Positions 1-9,050 of a DNA stretch of 64,000 nt are shown piece by piece (the first letter of the stretch is position 1; each line of letters opens with the position of its first letter). The DNA comes from Bacteroidales bacterium (GTDB lineage Bacteria; Bacteroidota; Bacteroidia; Bacteroidales; UBA7960): positions 38,411 to 102,410 of the forward strand of contig JAAYLH010000009.1 of assembly GCA_012521995.1 (NCBI GenBank), given 5' to 3'. The notes under the pieces are model-generated. The model was not told where the DNA came from, searched no databases, and saw only the letters and a list, made by a program, of their open reading frames with translations. The translations under genes were made by a program, and so were the position numbers.

Positions 1-1599
1 CGCAGGCAGTATACAATTCTGTTTAAAGACCTGGAAACCGGAGCCATCTCTCCAAGCGAACTGTCAAATCTCAGCGGCAATGTTGTTTGGGCTGCCGACA
101 ATGCCACTGTGTTCTATACTGCCATCGACCCCGTGACTCTGCGCTACGACCGCGTGTTTCGCTTCAACTTCCTGAATGGCGAAGCGCCTGAACAAGTGTA
201 TTATGAAGCCGATGAGACCTTTTATAATATAGGGGTTTGGCGAACAAAGGACCAGCGTTTCGTCATGATGGAGATCAGCAGCACCCTCAGCAATGAGATT
301 CGTTTCCTGAACGCTGATAAGCCTGAGGATGACTTCCGGATATTCCAGCAACGCCAGCACGACCTGCTCTATGAAGTCACCCCCTTTAACGATAAGTTTT
401 TTGTGATTACCAATCATCAGGCCCAGAACTTCCGCCTGATGGAAACGCCCCTGGACAAGACCCCTGTAAATAACTGGAAAGAAGTGATTGCCCACCGCAG
501 CGATGTTTTGCTCGAAGGGCTGGAGGTGTTCTCCGATTACCTTGTCCTTGAAGAAAGGACCAAGGGCTTGAATCAACTGCGGGTCATCCGCCATGCCGAT
601 GGTCACGAACATTACCTGCCCTTTGAAGAGGAGGCCTACACCGCAGGGATCAGCGTCAATGAAGTGATGGATACCCCGCTTCTGCGCTACAGCTATACTT
701 CACTCACCACGCCAATGAGTCAATACGATTACAATATGGAAACGGGAGAGGTGACCCTTGTGAAACAGCAGGAAGTGCTTGGTGACTTTGATCCCGCCAA
801 TTATGAAACCCGCCGTTTCTATGTCCCCGCACGCGATGGCGTGGAAGTTCCCGTTACCCTCGTTTACCGTAAGGGCATTGAAAAGAATGGCAATAATCCC
901 CTCTTGCTTAATGGTTATGGATCATATGGTTACAGTATGGATCCGCGGTTCAGCGTACAATCAATCAGCCTGCTGGACAGGGGGTTTATTGGGGCAATGG
1001 CTCATATCAGGGGTGGACAGGAAATGGGCAGGCAATGGTATGAAGACGGTAAATTACTTAAAAAGAAAAATACCTTCAATGACTTTATCGACATTGCCGA
1101 TTTCCTGGTGGCTGAAGGCTATACCAATCCTGAAAAACTCTTTGCCAGCGGCGGCAGCGCTGGCGGCCTGCTGATGGGAGCCGTCATCAATCAGCGGCCC
1201 GAACTCTTCAAGGGGGTCATCGCTTCAGTCCCCTTCGTGGATGTGGTTACCACAATGCTCGACGAGACCATCCCTTTGACCACTGCGGAGTATGACGAAT
1301 GGGGAAACCCCAACCTAAAGGAGTATTACGATTATATGCTTTCCTATTCCCCCTACGACAACGTGGTTCCCAGGGCTTATCCCAACCTGCTGGTCACAGC
1401 AGGCCTTCACGACTCACAGGTGCAGTACTGGGAGCCCGCCAAATGGGTGGCCAAGCTGCGCCAGAACAATACAGGCGATAACCTGATCCTGCTCTATACC
1501 AATATGGAAGCAGGCCACGGGGGCGCTTCGGGAAGGTTTCGCCGCCTCAGGGAAGTGGCTCGCGAATTTGCCTTCCTGCTTGAACTGGCTAAAGATTAG
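1..1599 (+). CDS. ptrB: Oligopeptidase B (S9A serine peptidase), 5'-truncated by the window edge
   Basis: Frame is open from base 1 (RRQYTILFKDLETG). Motifs GYGSYG, AHIRGG, catalytic GGSAGG, HDSQV and AGHGG are present. Confidence 0.93.
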   Translation, partial: RRQYTILFKDLETGAISPSELSNLSGNVVWAADNATVFYTAIDPVTLRYDRVFRFNFLNGEAPEQVYYEADETFYNIGVWRTKDQRFVMMEISSTLSNEIRFLNADKPEDDFRIFQQRQHDLLYEVTPFNDKFFVITNHQAQNFRLMETPLDKTPVNNWKEVIAHRSDVLLEGLEVFSDYLVLEERTKGLNQLRVIRHADGHEHYLPFEEEAYTAGISVNEVMDTPLLRYSYTSLTTPMSQYDYNMETGEVTLVKQQEVLGDFDPANYETRRFYVPARDGVEVPVTLVYRKGIEKNGNNPLLLNGYGSYGYSMDPRFSVQSISLLDRGFIGAMAHIRGGQEMGRQWYEDGKLLKKKNTFNDFIDIADFLVAEGYTNPEKLFASGGSAGGLLMGAVINQRPELFKGVIASVPFVDVVTTMLDETIPLTTAEYDEWGNPNLKEYYDYMLSYSPYDNVVPRAYPNLLVTAGLHDSQVQYWEPAKWVAKLRQNNTGDNLILLYTNMEAGHGGASGRFRRLREVAREFAFLLELAKD

Positions 1600-1602
1600 G
1601 GC

Positions 1603-1977
1603 TTACTTTTTACCGAACAGCTTTTCGAGGACTTCCTTGACATATTCAATGCAGGCCTCACTCTTCACTACATAATTGTAAATGCCCGAATCCTGGGCAC
1701 GGGCAATCAGTTCAATGTCCTGTTGTGCCGACATGACAATGATCTCCGTGAACGGGCTTATGGAACGAATCGTTTTGATCAGGTCAATGTCGCGTTCGTC
1801 GTTCAGGCCCGTGATCAATACTTCAGGCTCCTCATCAATGCGGCTCAGGAGGGTGCGACCATCAGGGAAATTCTCCACCGAAATGTTCGGTATGGCCGAC
1901 AGGCACAGACGCAGCAGCATGCCTTCGGTCTTGTTGTCTTCGTGTATGAATACTTTCTTAAAAGGGGCTGGATTCAT
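1603..1977 (-). CDS. Single-domain response-regulator receiver-like protein, apparently lacking the phosphoacceptor Asp
   Basis: CheY-like pattern (VFIHEDN, IIVMSAQ, NYVVKS). Strand beta3 reads PEVLITGL. Start chosen at ATG 1977; the ORF track starts at 2007. Confidence 0.7.
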   Translation of the reverse strand: MNPAPFKKVFIHEDNKTEGMLLRLCLSAIPNISVENFPDGRTLLSRIDEEPEVLITGLNDERDIDLIKTIRSISPFTEIIVMSAQQDIELIARAQDSGIYNYVVKSEACIEYVKEVLEKLFGKK

Positions 1978-2088
1978 TCCAAGGAGTTTTGCGCCTGATT
2001 TCAGCATTCAAAGGTATTATTTTTTGCATTGAAAAAAGAAAGCACGCACCACAGGCAGAACAAAGCTTTCGGCTGTGGTTTTTAATCG

Positions 2089-2096
2089 TAATTTTG
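2089..2096 (+). promoter_or_regulatory. Bacteroidota sigma-A -7 element (TAATTTTG)
   Basis: Matches TAnnTTTG shortly upstream of the ATG at 2115. Confidence 0.5.
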
Positions 2097-2114
2097 CAAA
2101 AAATATTCTGTGTT

Positions 2115-2363
2115 ATGAAAGCTTCTGTTGAGATCAGCATGTATCCCCTGGGACGTGAATTCAAACCCGATATCAAGGCATTCATCGAACGGATGAAAAA
2201 CCACCATGACATCATCTGCGAAGTCAATGGGATGAGCACCCAAATGTTTGGCGATTACCGCGAGATTATGAATGCCCTGACGGAAGAAATAGCCTATTCA
2301 TTCGAAAAACACGGCAAGAGCGTGTTCGTGCTTAAGATCATCAATGCCTTTCTTCAGCAATAA
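2115..2363 (+). CDS. YkoF/thiamine-binding-protein family small protein
   Basis: MKASVEISMYPL...NGMSTQMFG pattern; ATG at 2115. Confidence 0.75.
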   Translation: MKASVEISMYPLGREFKPDIKAFIERMKNHHDIICEVNGMSTQMFGDYREIMNALTEEIAYSFEKHGKSVFVLKIINAFLQQ

Positions 2364-2371
2364 GCCCTGAA

Positions 2372-2899
2372 GTGAGTCTTACGCGCAAGATCGCCATCAC
2401 AGGCCCTGAGTCTACAGGCAAAAGCCGGCTTACCGCCGGCCTGGGCGGGCATTACCAGGCACCCTGTGTGCCTGAATATGCCCGCGATTATATCGATAGG
2501 CTTCAGCGGCCCTATCAACAGGACGACCTTCTGCAAATCGCCAAGGGACAAAGGGCTGCTGTACAGCTTGCTGAAAAGCAGTGGCCATCCATGCTTTTTT
2601 CAGATACAGAACTGATTGTGATCAAGGTCTGGAGCCTGCATAAATATGGCACTTGCGACCCCTTCATCCTCAGCGCCATCGAAAGCCAAAACTACGACCT
2701 GTACTTGCTTTGCGATGTGGACCTGCCCTGGGAATTCGATGAACAGCGCGAACACCCCCACTTGCGCATGTTCTTCTTCAACTGGTATCGCAAAGAACTG
2801 GAGCATTACGGCTTTCCCTATGCCGTGGTCAGGGGCCTGGGACAGGACCGCTTGCAGTGCGCCATTGAGGCCGTGGAAAGAGTGGTGAAAAGGGATTGA
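2372..2899 (+). CDS. NadR-type P-loop kinase/ATPase (AAA_28-like)
   Basis: Walker A GPESTGKS, VPEYAR, DTELI and YDLYLLC..D.PW motifs. Confidence 0.85.
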   Translation: MSLTRKIAITGPESTGKSRLTAGLGGHYQAPCVPEYARDYIDRLQRPYQQDDLLQIAKGQRAAVQLAEKQWPSMLFSDTELIVIKVWSLHKYGTCDPFILSAIESQNYDLYLLCDVDLPWEFDEQREHPHLRMFFFNWYRKELEHYGFPYAVVRGLGQDRLQCAIEAVERVVKRD

Positions 2900-2995
2900 T
2901 CAATTGTAGTTTGTGTGTGAAGGGAAATGCATTTTTTGATCAGGAGAACGGTCAAACTTTCGTGTATAATATTGAATATTTATATTTTTGATGTT

Positions 2996-3072
2996 AACAT
3001 TTAACCTTGAACCTCCAACCTTGAACATTTATTCCTGACCCTTGAACCTATAACCTTGAAATTTGAAATTTT
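2996..3072. repeat. Degenerate heptamer tandem array, consensus AACCTTG, about 11 units
   Basis: aacattt aaccttg aacctcc aaccttg aacattt attcctg acccttg aacctat aaccttg aaatttg aaatttt. Confidence 0.75.
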
Positions 3073-3096
3073 ACCCCTGATTATCAATAATTTAAT

Positions 3097-3987
3097 ATGA
3101 GCGCCCCGGGTCATATCAGGCAATACATTCACCTCCACTTTATCGTGGTGCTGCTGGGCTTCACAGCCATCATCGGGGCGCTGATCACCCTGCCTGCCCC
3201 CGACCTGGTTTGGTTCCGTATGTTCTTTGCCTTCCTGGGGCTCTGGGTGTTCCTGCTCTGGCGAAAGATCCCCTTCCGCATTCATGGGCGCGACATGCTC
3301 AGGCTGTTCGGGATCGGTCTTGTGGTGGCCCTCCACTGGATCACCTTCTTCCACGCGGTTAAGGTTTCGAACGTCTCGGTAACCCTCGGGGTCTTTGCCT
3401 CAGCAACCCTCTTTACCAGTTTCCTTGAACCCATACTGCAGCGCAGGAGGATTTTCTGGCTCGAGGTGCTCATCGGGATGGTGACCGTGGCCGGGATCTA
3501 TATCATCTTTCAATACGAATTCAGGTATATCGAGGGGATCCTGTTTTCGCTTGCCTCGGCTTTCCTCAACGGCCTGTTTGCCGTGTTTAACCGCAATATC
3601 AGCCACCGACACCATCCCACCGTGATCAGTTTTTTCGAGATGCTGGGCGGCTTTATTTTTATCTCCCTCTTCTTTGCCCTCTCGGGGCAGTTAAGCCTTT
3701 CAAGCCTGAGCCTCTCAGGCTCCGACCTCTTCTGGCTGCTGGTGCTCAGCCTGGTGTGCACCTCCTATGCCTTCACCGCCATTGTCGACATTATGAAGGT
3801 GCTCTCGGCCTATACCGTAATGCTGGCCATTAACCTCGAACCCGTTTATGGAATCATTATGGCTTATTTCATTTTCCCCGGGGCCGAACGGATGTCCCTG
3901 GGGTTTTATGCGGGCGCCTCCCTGATAGTCCTGGCCGTGGTGAGCTATCCTTACCTAAAACGTAAGATCAGAAAGATACCGTATTGA
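3097..3987 (+). CDS. DMT/EamA family transporter
   Basis: About 10 hydrophobic segments in two EamA repeats; NLEPVYGI motif. Confidence 0.88.
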   Translation: MSAPGHIRQYIHLHFIVVLLGFTAIIGALITLPAPDLVWFRMFFAFLGLWVFLLWRKIPFRIHGRDMLRLFGIGLVVALHWITFFHAVKVSNVSVTLGVFASATLFTSFLEPILQRRRIFWLEVLIGMVTVAGIYIIFQYEFRYIEGILFSLASAFLNGLFAVFNRNISHRHHPTVISFFEMLGGFIFISLFFALSGQLSLSSLSLSGSDLFWLLVLSLVCTSYAFTAIVDIMKVLSAYTVMLAINLEPVYGIIMAYFIFPGAERMSLGFYAGASLIVLAVVSYPYLKRKIRKIPY

Positions 3988-4809
3988 ATCTCCCTTTCGG
4001 GAAAAGGCGATAAAGCCCGGGTTGACGAGCCTGGGCTTGTTGTACGTCAGGGGCTTATGCTCCGTGATGTGCAGTAACTCCCCTCCCCGGGCCAGCAGTA
4101 GTGCGTGTCCTGCCGCCGTATCCCATTCCCAGGTGGGCGAATAGCGAATGTACAGGTCGGATCGCCCCTCCGCCAGGTCGCCAAATTTCAGGGCGCTGCC
4201 CTTTTCCATCAGGTTAACGGCCCCGAACTTTTCATTGATTTGGCCGATGAGTTTCAGGGTCTGCCCTTCCATATGCGAGCGGCTCACCGAGATCCCAATC
4301 TTTTGCCTTGCAGGTCCCGGCTTCAGGGCAATGGAGTGCCCTTCCAGGGCCTGCTCCGAAAAGCCTCCGGCCGGGTTTATATCCTTCAATTTAAATGCCC
4401 CTTCGCCCGCAATGCCCCACCAGGCCTCTCCTTTAAGGGGAGCGATGATGATCCCCATAAGGGGAAGGTTGCGATGCATCAGGCCGATGTTGATGGCAAA
4501 CTCGCCCTTGCGGCTGATGAATTCCTTGGTGCCATCCAGGGGGTCCACCAGCCAGAAATATTCCCATTGCCTGCGCATGCTATAATCCTCAATGCGGGTT
4601 TCCTCGCTGATGACAGGGATGCCCGTGGCCGAAAGAGCCCTGGTCAGGATGGCATTTGAGCGGCGGTCGGCCAGCGTGATGGGGCTGCCGTCGGCCTTGT
4701 CCTCATAGCCAAACCCTTGGGAATAAACCTCCAGGATGGCTGCCGAGGCCTTGCGACCCGCTTCAAATGCCACCCCTGCCAGCCTCAGCAATTCGCTTTT
4801 TACAATCAT
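3955..4809 (-). CDS. cysQ: 3'(2'),5'-bisphosphate nucleotidase
   Basis: KADGSPITLAD, ISEE, LVDPLDGTKEFI and WEWDTAAG motifs. Confidence 0.92.
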   Translation of the reverse strand: MIVKSELLRLAGVAFEAGRKASAAILEVYSQGFGYEDKADGSPITLADRRSNAILTRALSATGIPVISEETRIEDYSMRRQWEYFWLVDPLDGTKEFISRKGEFAINIGLMHRNLPLMGIIIAPLKGEAWWGIAGEGAFKLKDINPAGGFSEQALEGHSIALKPGPARQKIGISVSRSHMEGQTLKLIGQINEKFGAVNLMEKGSALKFGDLAEGRSDLYIRYSPTWEWDTAAGHALLLARGGELLHITEHKPLTYNKPRLVNPGFIAFSRKGDSIRYLSDLTF

Positions 4810-4909
4810 TCTAAAAAGTGTTTTTCAAAAGGTGAATTTATCATTTTATTTCAGAACATTCCTTACGGTGATTTGTTAAACAAGAGAAATCCTTAAAAAC
4901 TTAAGCCCT

Positions 4910-5485
4910 ATGAACCGAAATAAAGCACTGATCCTGTTCTCGTTTTTCGTGGTTTTTGCCCTGACTTCCTGCAACCTTTTCCCCGCAAAGGCCCAGGACA
5001 CCGCCTTTAAAACCCTCTACGACTTTAAGGTCGAGGATATTTATGGCGATGAATTTGACCTGGCCGGCCTAAAGGGCAAAAAGGTGATGGTGGTAAACAC
5101 CGCCTCCAAATGCGGCCTGACCCCACAGTATGAAGAGCTCGAGAAACTTTACCAGGAATACCGCGAAAGCGGCTTTGTCATCATTGGCTTTCCTGCCAAT
5201 AATTTTATGAACCAGGAGCCCGGCTCGAATGAAGACATCATCGAGTTTTGCACAGCAAACTACGGGGTCTCCTTCCCTATGATGGGTAAAATTTCAGTGA
5301 AAGGCAAAGACATGGCCCCCATCTACCAGTGGCTGACCCAAAAAAGCCGGAATGGAGTGCTTGATTCTGAAGTCACCTGGAACTTCCAGAAATTCCTCAT
5401 CGACGAGCAGGGAAAGCTGGTGGATGTCCTTCAGCCCCGCGAAAAGCCCTATTCCGAAAAGGTCATTGCCTGGCTGAATAACTGA
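4910..5485 (+). CDS. Glutathione peroxidase family (Cys-type), predicted lipoprotein
   Basis: VNTASKCGLTPQY, GFPANNF..QEPG and WNFQKFLID motifs; N-terminal lipobox LTSC. Confidence 0.92.
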   Translation: MNRNKALILFSFFVVFALTSCNLFPAKAQDTAFKTLYDFKVEDIYGDEFDLAGLKGKKVMVVNTASKCGLTPQYEELEKLYQEYRESGFVIIGFPANNFMNQEPGSNEDIIEFCTANYGVSFPMMGKISVKGKDMAPIYQWLTQKSRNGVLDSEVTWNFQKFLIDEQGKLVDVLQPREKPYSEKVIAWLNN

Positions 5486-5558
5486 TTTTTTATTAAAGGA
5501 CTTATTTCTTTTCAAATCCTTTTTTATGTGTTAATAAGGAATTAGGAAGGAAAATGTT

Positions 5559-5590
5559 ACGGAACAAGGTATGGCCCTGTTCCGTTTTTT
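5559..5590 (+). terminator. Rho-independent terminator after gpx
   Basis: acggaaca...tgttccgt stem followed by a T-run. Confidence 0.7.
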
Positions 5591-5656
5591 ATTGGCGATT
5601 TCCGTCTTTCTTAGAAAACACCTCACTGAACTCCTACAGGGACAGTTTGAAGCCAA

Positions 5657-5761
5657 AGTTTAGACGTAGTTCAGACGTAGTTAACACGTAGTTAAGACGT
5701 AGTTCAGACGTGTACACACGTCTGAACTACGTCTTATTTACGTCTTATTTACGTGTTAGTT
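5657..5761. repeat. 11-bp-period palindromic tandem element (copy 1)
   Basis: 5 units of AGTTHASACGT, spacer GTACAC, then 4 inverted units. Perfect 21-bp inverted repeat at 5693-5713/5716-5736. Confidence 0.92.
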
Positions 5762-5997
5762 TCGGTTTATATTTAATTCTGATTTGGTAAGGGAGGGTCT
5801 CGCTGAGGCTAAAAAGAACGAAAGGGTTTGCCAGGAATGAACAGAAGGTGACAGGCAGGGTGGGTCGGGCATATTTGATTTTTGGCCGATTTTCGGGCCT
5901 CGCGAGAAACCATGTCAGGTTTTGTTTTTTGCAAAAGACAATAATTGGGTATTATTTTTACCTTTGTTGGTTGTACCATTAGCATTGCAATTGAACT

Positions 5998-8900
5998 ATG
6001 CAACCACCCCAATACACAGGCTTCGAAAGCGGTCATCAGCTGGTATTTGCCATTACCGACAATCCCCCGCTGGGCTTGATGATCGAGCCATTTGCCGTGA
6101 AGGTCATCGGGGATGGTCAGTTCAGCTATGAATTTCACAGGCTCAGCCCGCTTACGGCAGGCGATTTTTTTCACAATATGAGCCAGCCTTACAAGCAGCT
6201 GCTGAAGGTGTATGGGCAGGTGACTGAAGACACCCTGCTGAAACGATTCAACAAAGACCATAAGAAGCCCTCCCTGTTTTTTGATCAACTTACGGCTGAT
6301 TTTATTGCCGAACACTTGCGGCCGCTGTTCGATAAGACTATGGCCGAAATGGCCGACCTGCTTTTTAAGCACGGGATAGCCCTGCATTACAAGGGTCTTA
6401 AGGACGAGCGGATTGTGGAGAAGCAGATTTGGGTGGCTCCCGGAAAGGTGGAACCCGTTTTCTTTTTTGAACGCTCAGAAAACGGGATACGCTACCGTTT
6501 GGAACTCATACACGAGGGCAGGGAACTTTCCCTGAAAGGGGAAGACACCCGAATGCTGGGAACAAAGCCTTGCCTTCTGAAGGTGGATGACAGGGTTTTT
6601 CGCTTCGATAAGGAATGGGACGGGAAAAAACTCTCCCCTTTCTTTACGCGCGACGAGATTATGGTGCCCAAAACTTCTGAGAAGGCTTATTTTCAGAAGT
6701 TCGTGCTCGATGCCATTCGTCATCATAAGGTCAAGGCCGTAGGTTTTGAGATCTGTGGCCGTGAGGAATCACCGCGTCCTGTTTTTAAACTGGAGCAGAA
6801 CTGGCAAAACCATTGGACCCTGCAGCTTTCCTTTGCTTATGGTGAGGTGGTTTTCCCCTTCAGCGAGGAGCAGCAGGCCAAGGTAGAGATGAAGCAGGAG
6901 GGCGATCGTTTTATTTTTATTAAAGTGGAGCGCGATGTCGCCTTCGAGCAGGAATGGGCAGGGCGCCTGAAGATGCTGGGCCTTATCAACAAGGGCGGCG
7001 AGGGATTTTACCTATGGTATCCTGCAAAGAAAACACTTGAATCGCCCGATGAGCCCGTGATGGCAGGGCTTTACGACTACCTCGACTGGCTTGCCGCCCA
7101 GCGTGAAGCTCTCGGCCTCCACAATATTGAAGTGCAGCAGGACGCGGGTTCGGGTGGTTTTTTTTTAGGCCGACCCCAGGTAAGCCTTGAAGTTACCGAC
7201 CGCAACGACTGGTTCGACCTTTACGGGACAGTGAGTTTTGGCCCCCACCGCATTCCTTTTCTCAGGTTAAAAAATCATATCTTGCAGGGCATTCGCGAGT
7301 TCAGCCTTCCCGATGGGTCTACGGGACTGATCCCTCTCGAATGGTTTGAGAAATACCAGGACGTGATGAAGTTTGCCCAAGGCAAGGGAAACACCCTGCA
7401 ACTGAAACGGCACCACTTCACCCTGCTTGGGAAACTGAAAGAGGCCAGCACGCCTGTGAAAGGACTTGATGAGGCGATGCGCGATTTTTCGCCTCCCATG
7501 CTTCCTCAGGGTATTGATGCCCAGTTGCGACCCTATCAGTTGCAGGGCTTCCAATGGATGAGCTTCCTGCATCAGCATCACCTGGGGGGATGTCTTGCTG
7601 ATGACATGGGCCTGGGCAAAACCCTGCAGACCCTTGTTATGCTGGTTTATGCCCACCGTGAACCGGGAGGGAAGAACAAACCTGCCTCAACGAACGAAGA
7701 AGCCCGTGAAAAGTCCGAAGAGACTCAGTTGTCGCTTTTTGAGGCCGAGGCCGGGGAAGCACCCCCAGCACCCCTTGGCACTTCCTTGTTGGTGATGCCG
7801 CTTTCGTTGATCCATAACTGGATGCGCGAGATCGGCCGTTTTACCCCGCAGCTCAGGGCGTTGCAACATACAGGCCCTGCACGCAGCACCAGCAGCCGCG
7901 CGTTCCTGCCCTACGACCTGGTGCTTACCACTTACGGAACCGTGCGCAATGACATTGATATGCTGGAAGGCTTTCATTTCAACTATGTGGTGCTTGATGA
8001 AAGCCAGATCATCAAAAACGCCGAGTCAAAGATCTTTAATGCCATCAAGAAACTGAAGGCAGGCCATCGGTTGGTGCTGACGGGGACTCCCGTAGAAAAC
8101 TCGCTGACCGATCTGTGGGCGCAGTTTTCTTTCCTCAACCCGGGGCTTTTGGGTAACCTGAATTACTTCCGTGAAGAGTTTGTGGTGCCTGTTGAGAAAA
8201 GCAACGACCTTCGCAAGCAACAGAAGCTACATTCGCTGATCGAGCCCTTTATCCTGAGGCGCACCAAGTCGGAGGTGGCAAAAGAGCTGCCCGAACTCAC
8301 CGAGCTGGTTCGCTATTGCGAAATGTCGGAAGAGCATCGCAAATTTTATGAAGCGAAGAAATCACAGATCCGCAACCTTATCCTTGAGCAGGTGGAGAAG
8401 CAGGGCATGGAACGCTCGCGCTTCTTTATTTTAAGCAGCCTGATGCGGCTGCGTCTTATGGCTAACCACCCCTTGATGGTGGATCCTGAATATGCTTATG
8501 ACTCAGGAAAATTTATCGAGGTGAGAGAGAACATTGGGAAGGTGCTTTCCGAGGGGCATAAGGTCCTTATCTTCTCACAGTTTGTGAAACACCTGAACAT
8601 TTACAGGAAATACCTTGACAGCCTGGACTTGCCCTATAACCTGCTGACGGGGCAGATGCCGGAGAAGGAGCGGGGAAGGCTGATCAACGATTTCCAGCAA
8701 GATCCTGAAAAGCGGTTATTCCTGATCTCGCTGAAGGCAGGTGGCTTGGGGCTTAATCTCACTGGGGCAGATTATGTGTTCCTGCTCGACCCTTGGTGGA
8801 ACCCTGCTGTGGAGAAGCAGGCCATCAACCGCGCCCACCGTATTGGTCAGAAAAAGAATGTGTTCGTGTATAAATTTATTACACGAGATACCGTAGAGGA

Positions 8901-9012
8901 GAAGATCCTCAGCCTGCAGCAGCGCAAATCGGCCCTGGCAGGCCTGCTGATCGACCAGAACAATCCCCTTAAAAACCTTGGACTGGATGAGATCAGCGAC
9001 CTGATTACCTAA
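5998..9012 (+). CDS. SNF2-family helicase/ATPase
   Basis: LRPYQ, LADDMGLGKT, DESQ, LTGTPVEN, ILRRTK, SLKAGGLGLNL and QAINRAHRIGQ motifs. Confidence 0.95.
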   Translation: MQPPQYTGFESGHQLVFAITDNPPLGLMIEPFAVKVIGDGQFSYEFHRLSPLTAGDFFHNMSQPYKQLLKVYGQVTEDTLLKRFNKDHKKPSLFFDQLTADFIAEHLRPLFDKTMAEMADLLFKHGIALHYKGLKDERIVEKQIWVAPGKVEPVFFFERSENGIRYRLELIHEGRELSLKGEDTRMLGTKPCLLKVDDRVFRFDKEWDGKKLSPFFTRDEIMVPKTSEKAYFQKFVLDAIRHHKVKAVGFEICGREESPRPVFKLEQNWQNHWTLQLSFAYGEVVFPFSEEQQAKVEMKQEGDRFIFIKVERDVAFEQEWAGRLKMLGLINKGGEGFYLWYPAKKTLESPDEPVMAGLYDYLDWLAAQREALGLHNIEVQQDAGSGGFFLGRPQVSLEVTDRNDWFDLYGTVSFGPHRIPFLRLKNHILQGIREFSLPDGSTGLIPLEWFEKYQDVMKFAQGKGNTLQLKRHHFTLLGKLKEASTPVKGLDEAMRDFSPPMLPQGIDAQLRPYQLQGFQWMSFLHQHHLGGCLADDMGLGKTLQTLVMLVYAHREPGGKNKPASTNEEAREKSEETQLSLFEAEAGEAPPAPLGTSLLVMPLSLIHNWMREIGRFTPQLRALQHTGPARSTSSRAFLPYDLVLTTYGTVRNDIDMLEGFHFNYVVLDESQIIKNAESKIFNAIKKLKAGHRLVLTGTPVENSLTDLWAQFSFLNPGLLGNLNYFREEFVVPVEKSNDLRKQQKLHSLIEPFILRRTKSEVAKELPELTELVRYCEMSEEHRKFYEAKKSQIRNLILEQVEKQGMERSRFFILSSLMRLRLMANHPLMVDPEYAYDSGKFIEVRENIGKVLSEGHKVLIFSQFVKHLNIYRKYLDSLDLPYNLLTGQMPEKERGRLINDFQQDPEKRLFLISLKAGGLGLNLTGADYVFLLDPWWNPAVEKQAINRAHRIGQKKNVFVYKFITRDTVEEKILSLQQRKSALAGLLIDQNNPLKNLGLDEISDLIT

Positions 9013-9050
9013 GCGATCCGGTTTTCACCAAAGCTTCAGAAAAACCCTTA

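Noticed and set aside
3955-3987. 33-bp 3' overlap of EamA and cysQ
   Set aside because: Short convergent overlaps are common and nothing else supports a special role.
4910-5485. Selenocysteine recoding in the glutathione peroxidases (also 51520-52005)
   Set aside because: Both active-site codons are TGC (Cys) and the frames are uninterrupted.
5657-5761. CRISPR array
   Set aside because: Units are 11 bp, contiguous and without unique spacers; no cas genes are in the window.
5998-9012. SNF2 helicase as an anti-phage defence system
   Set aside because: No nuclease, methyltransferase or other defence partner is adjacent; it looks like a stand-alone SNF2.
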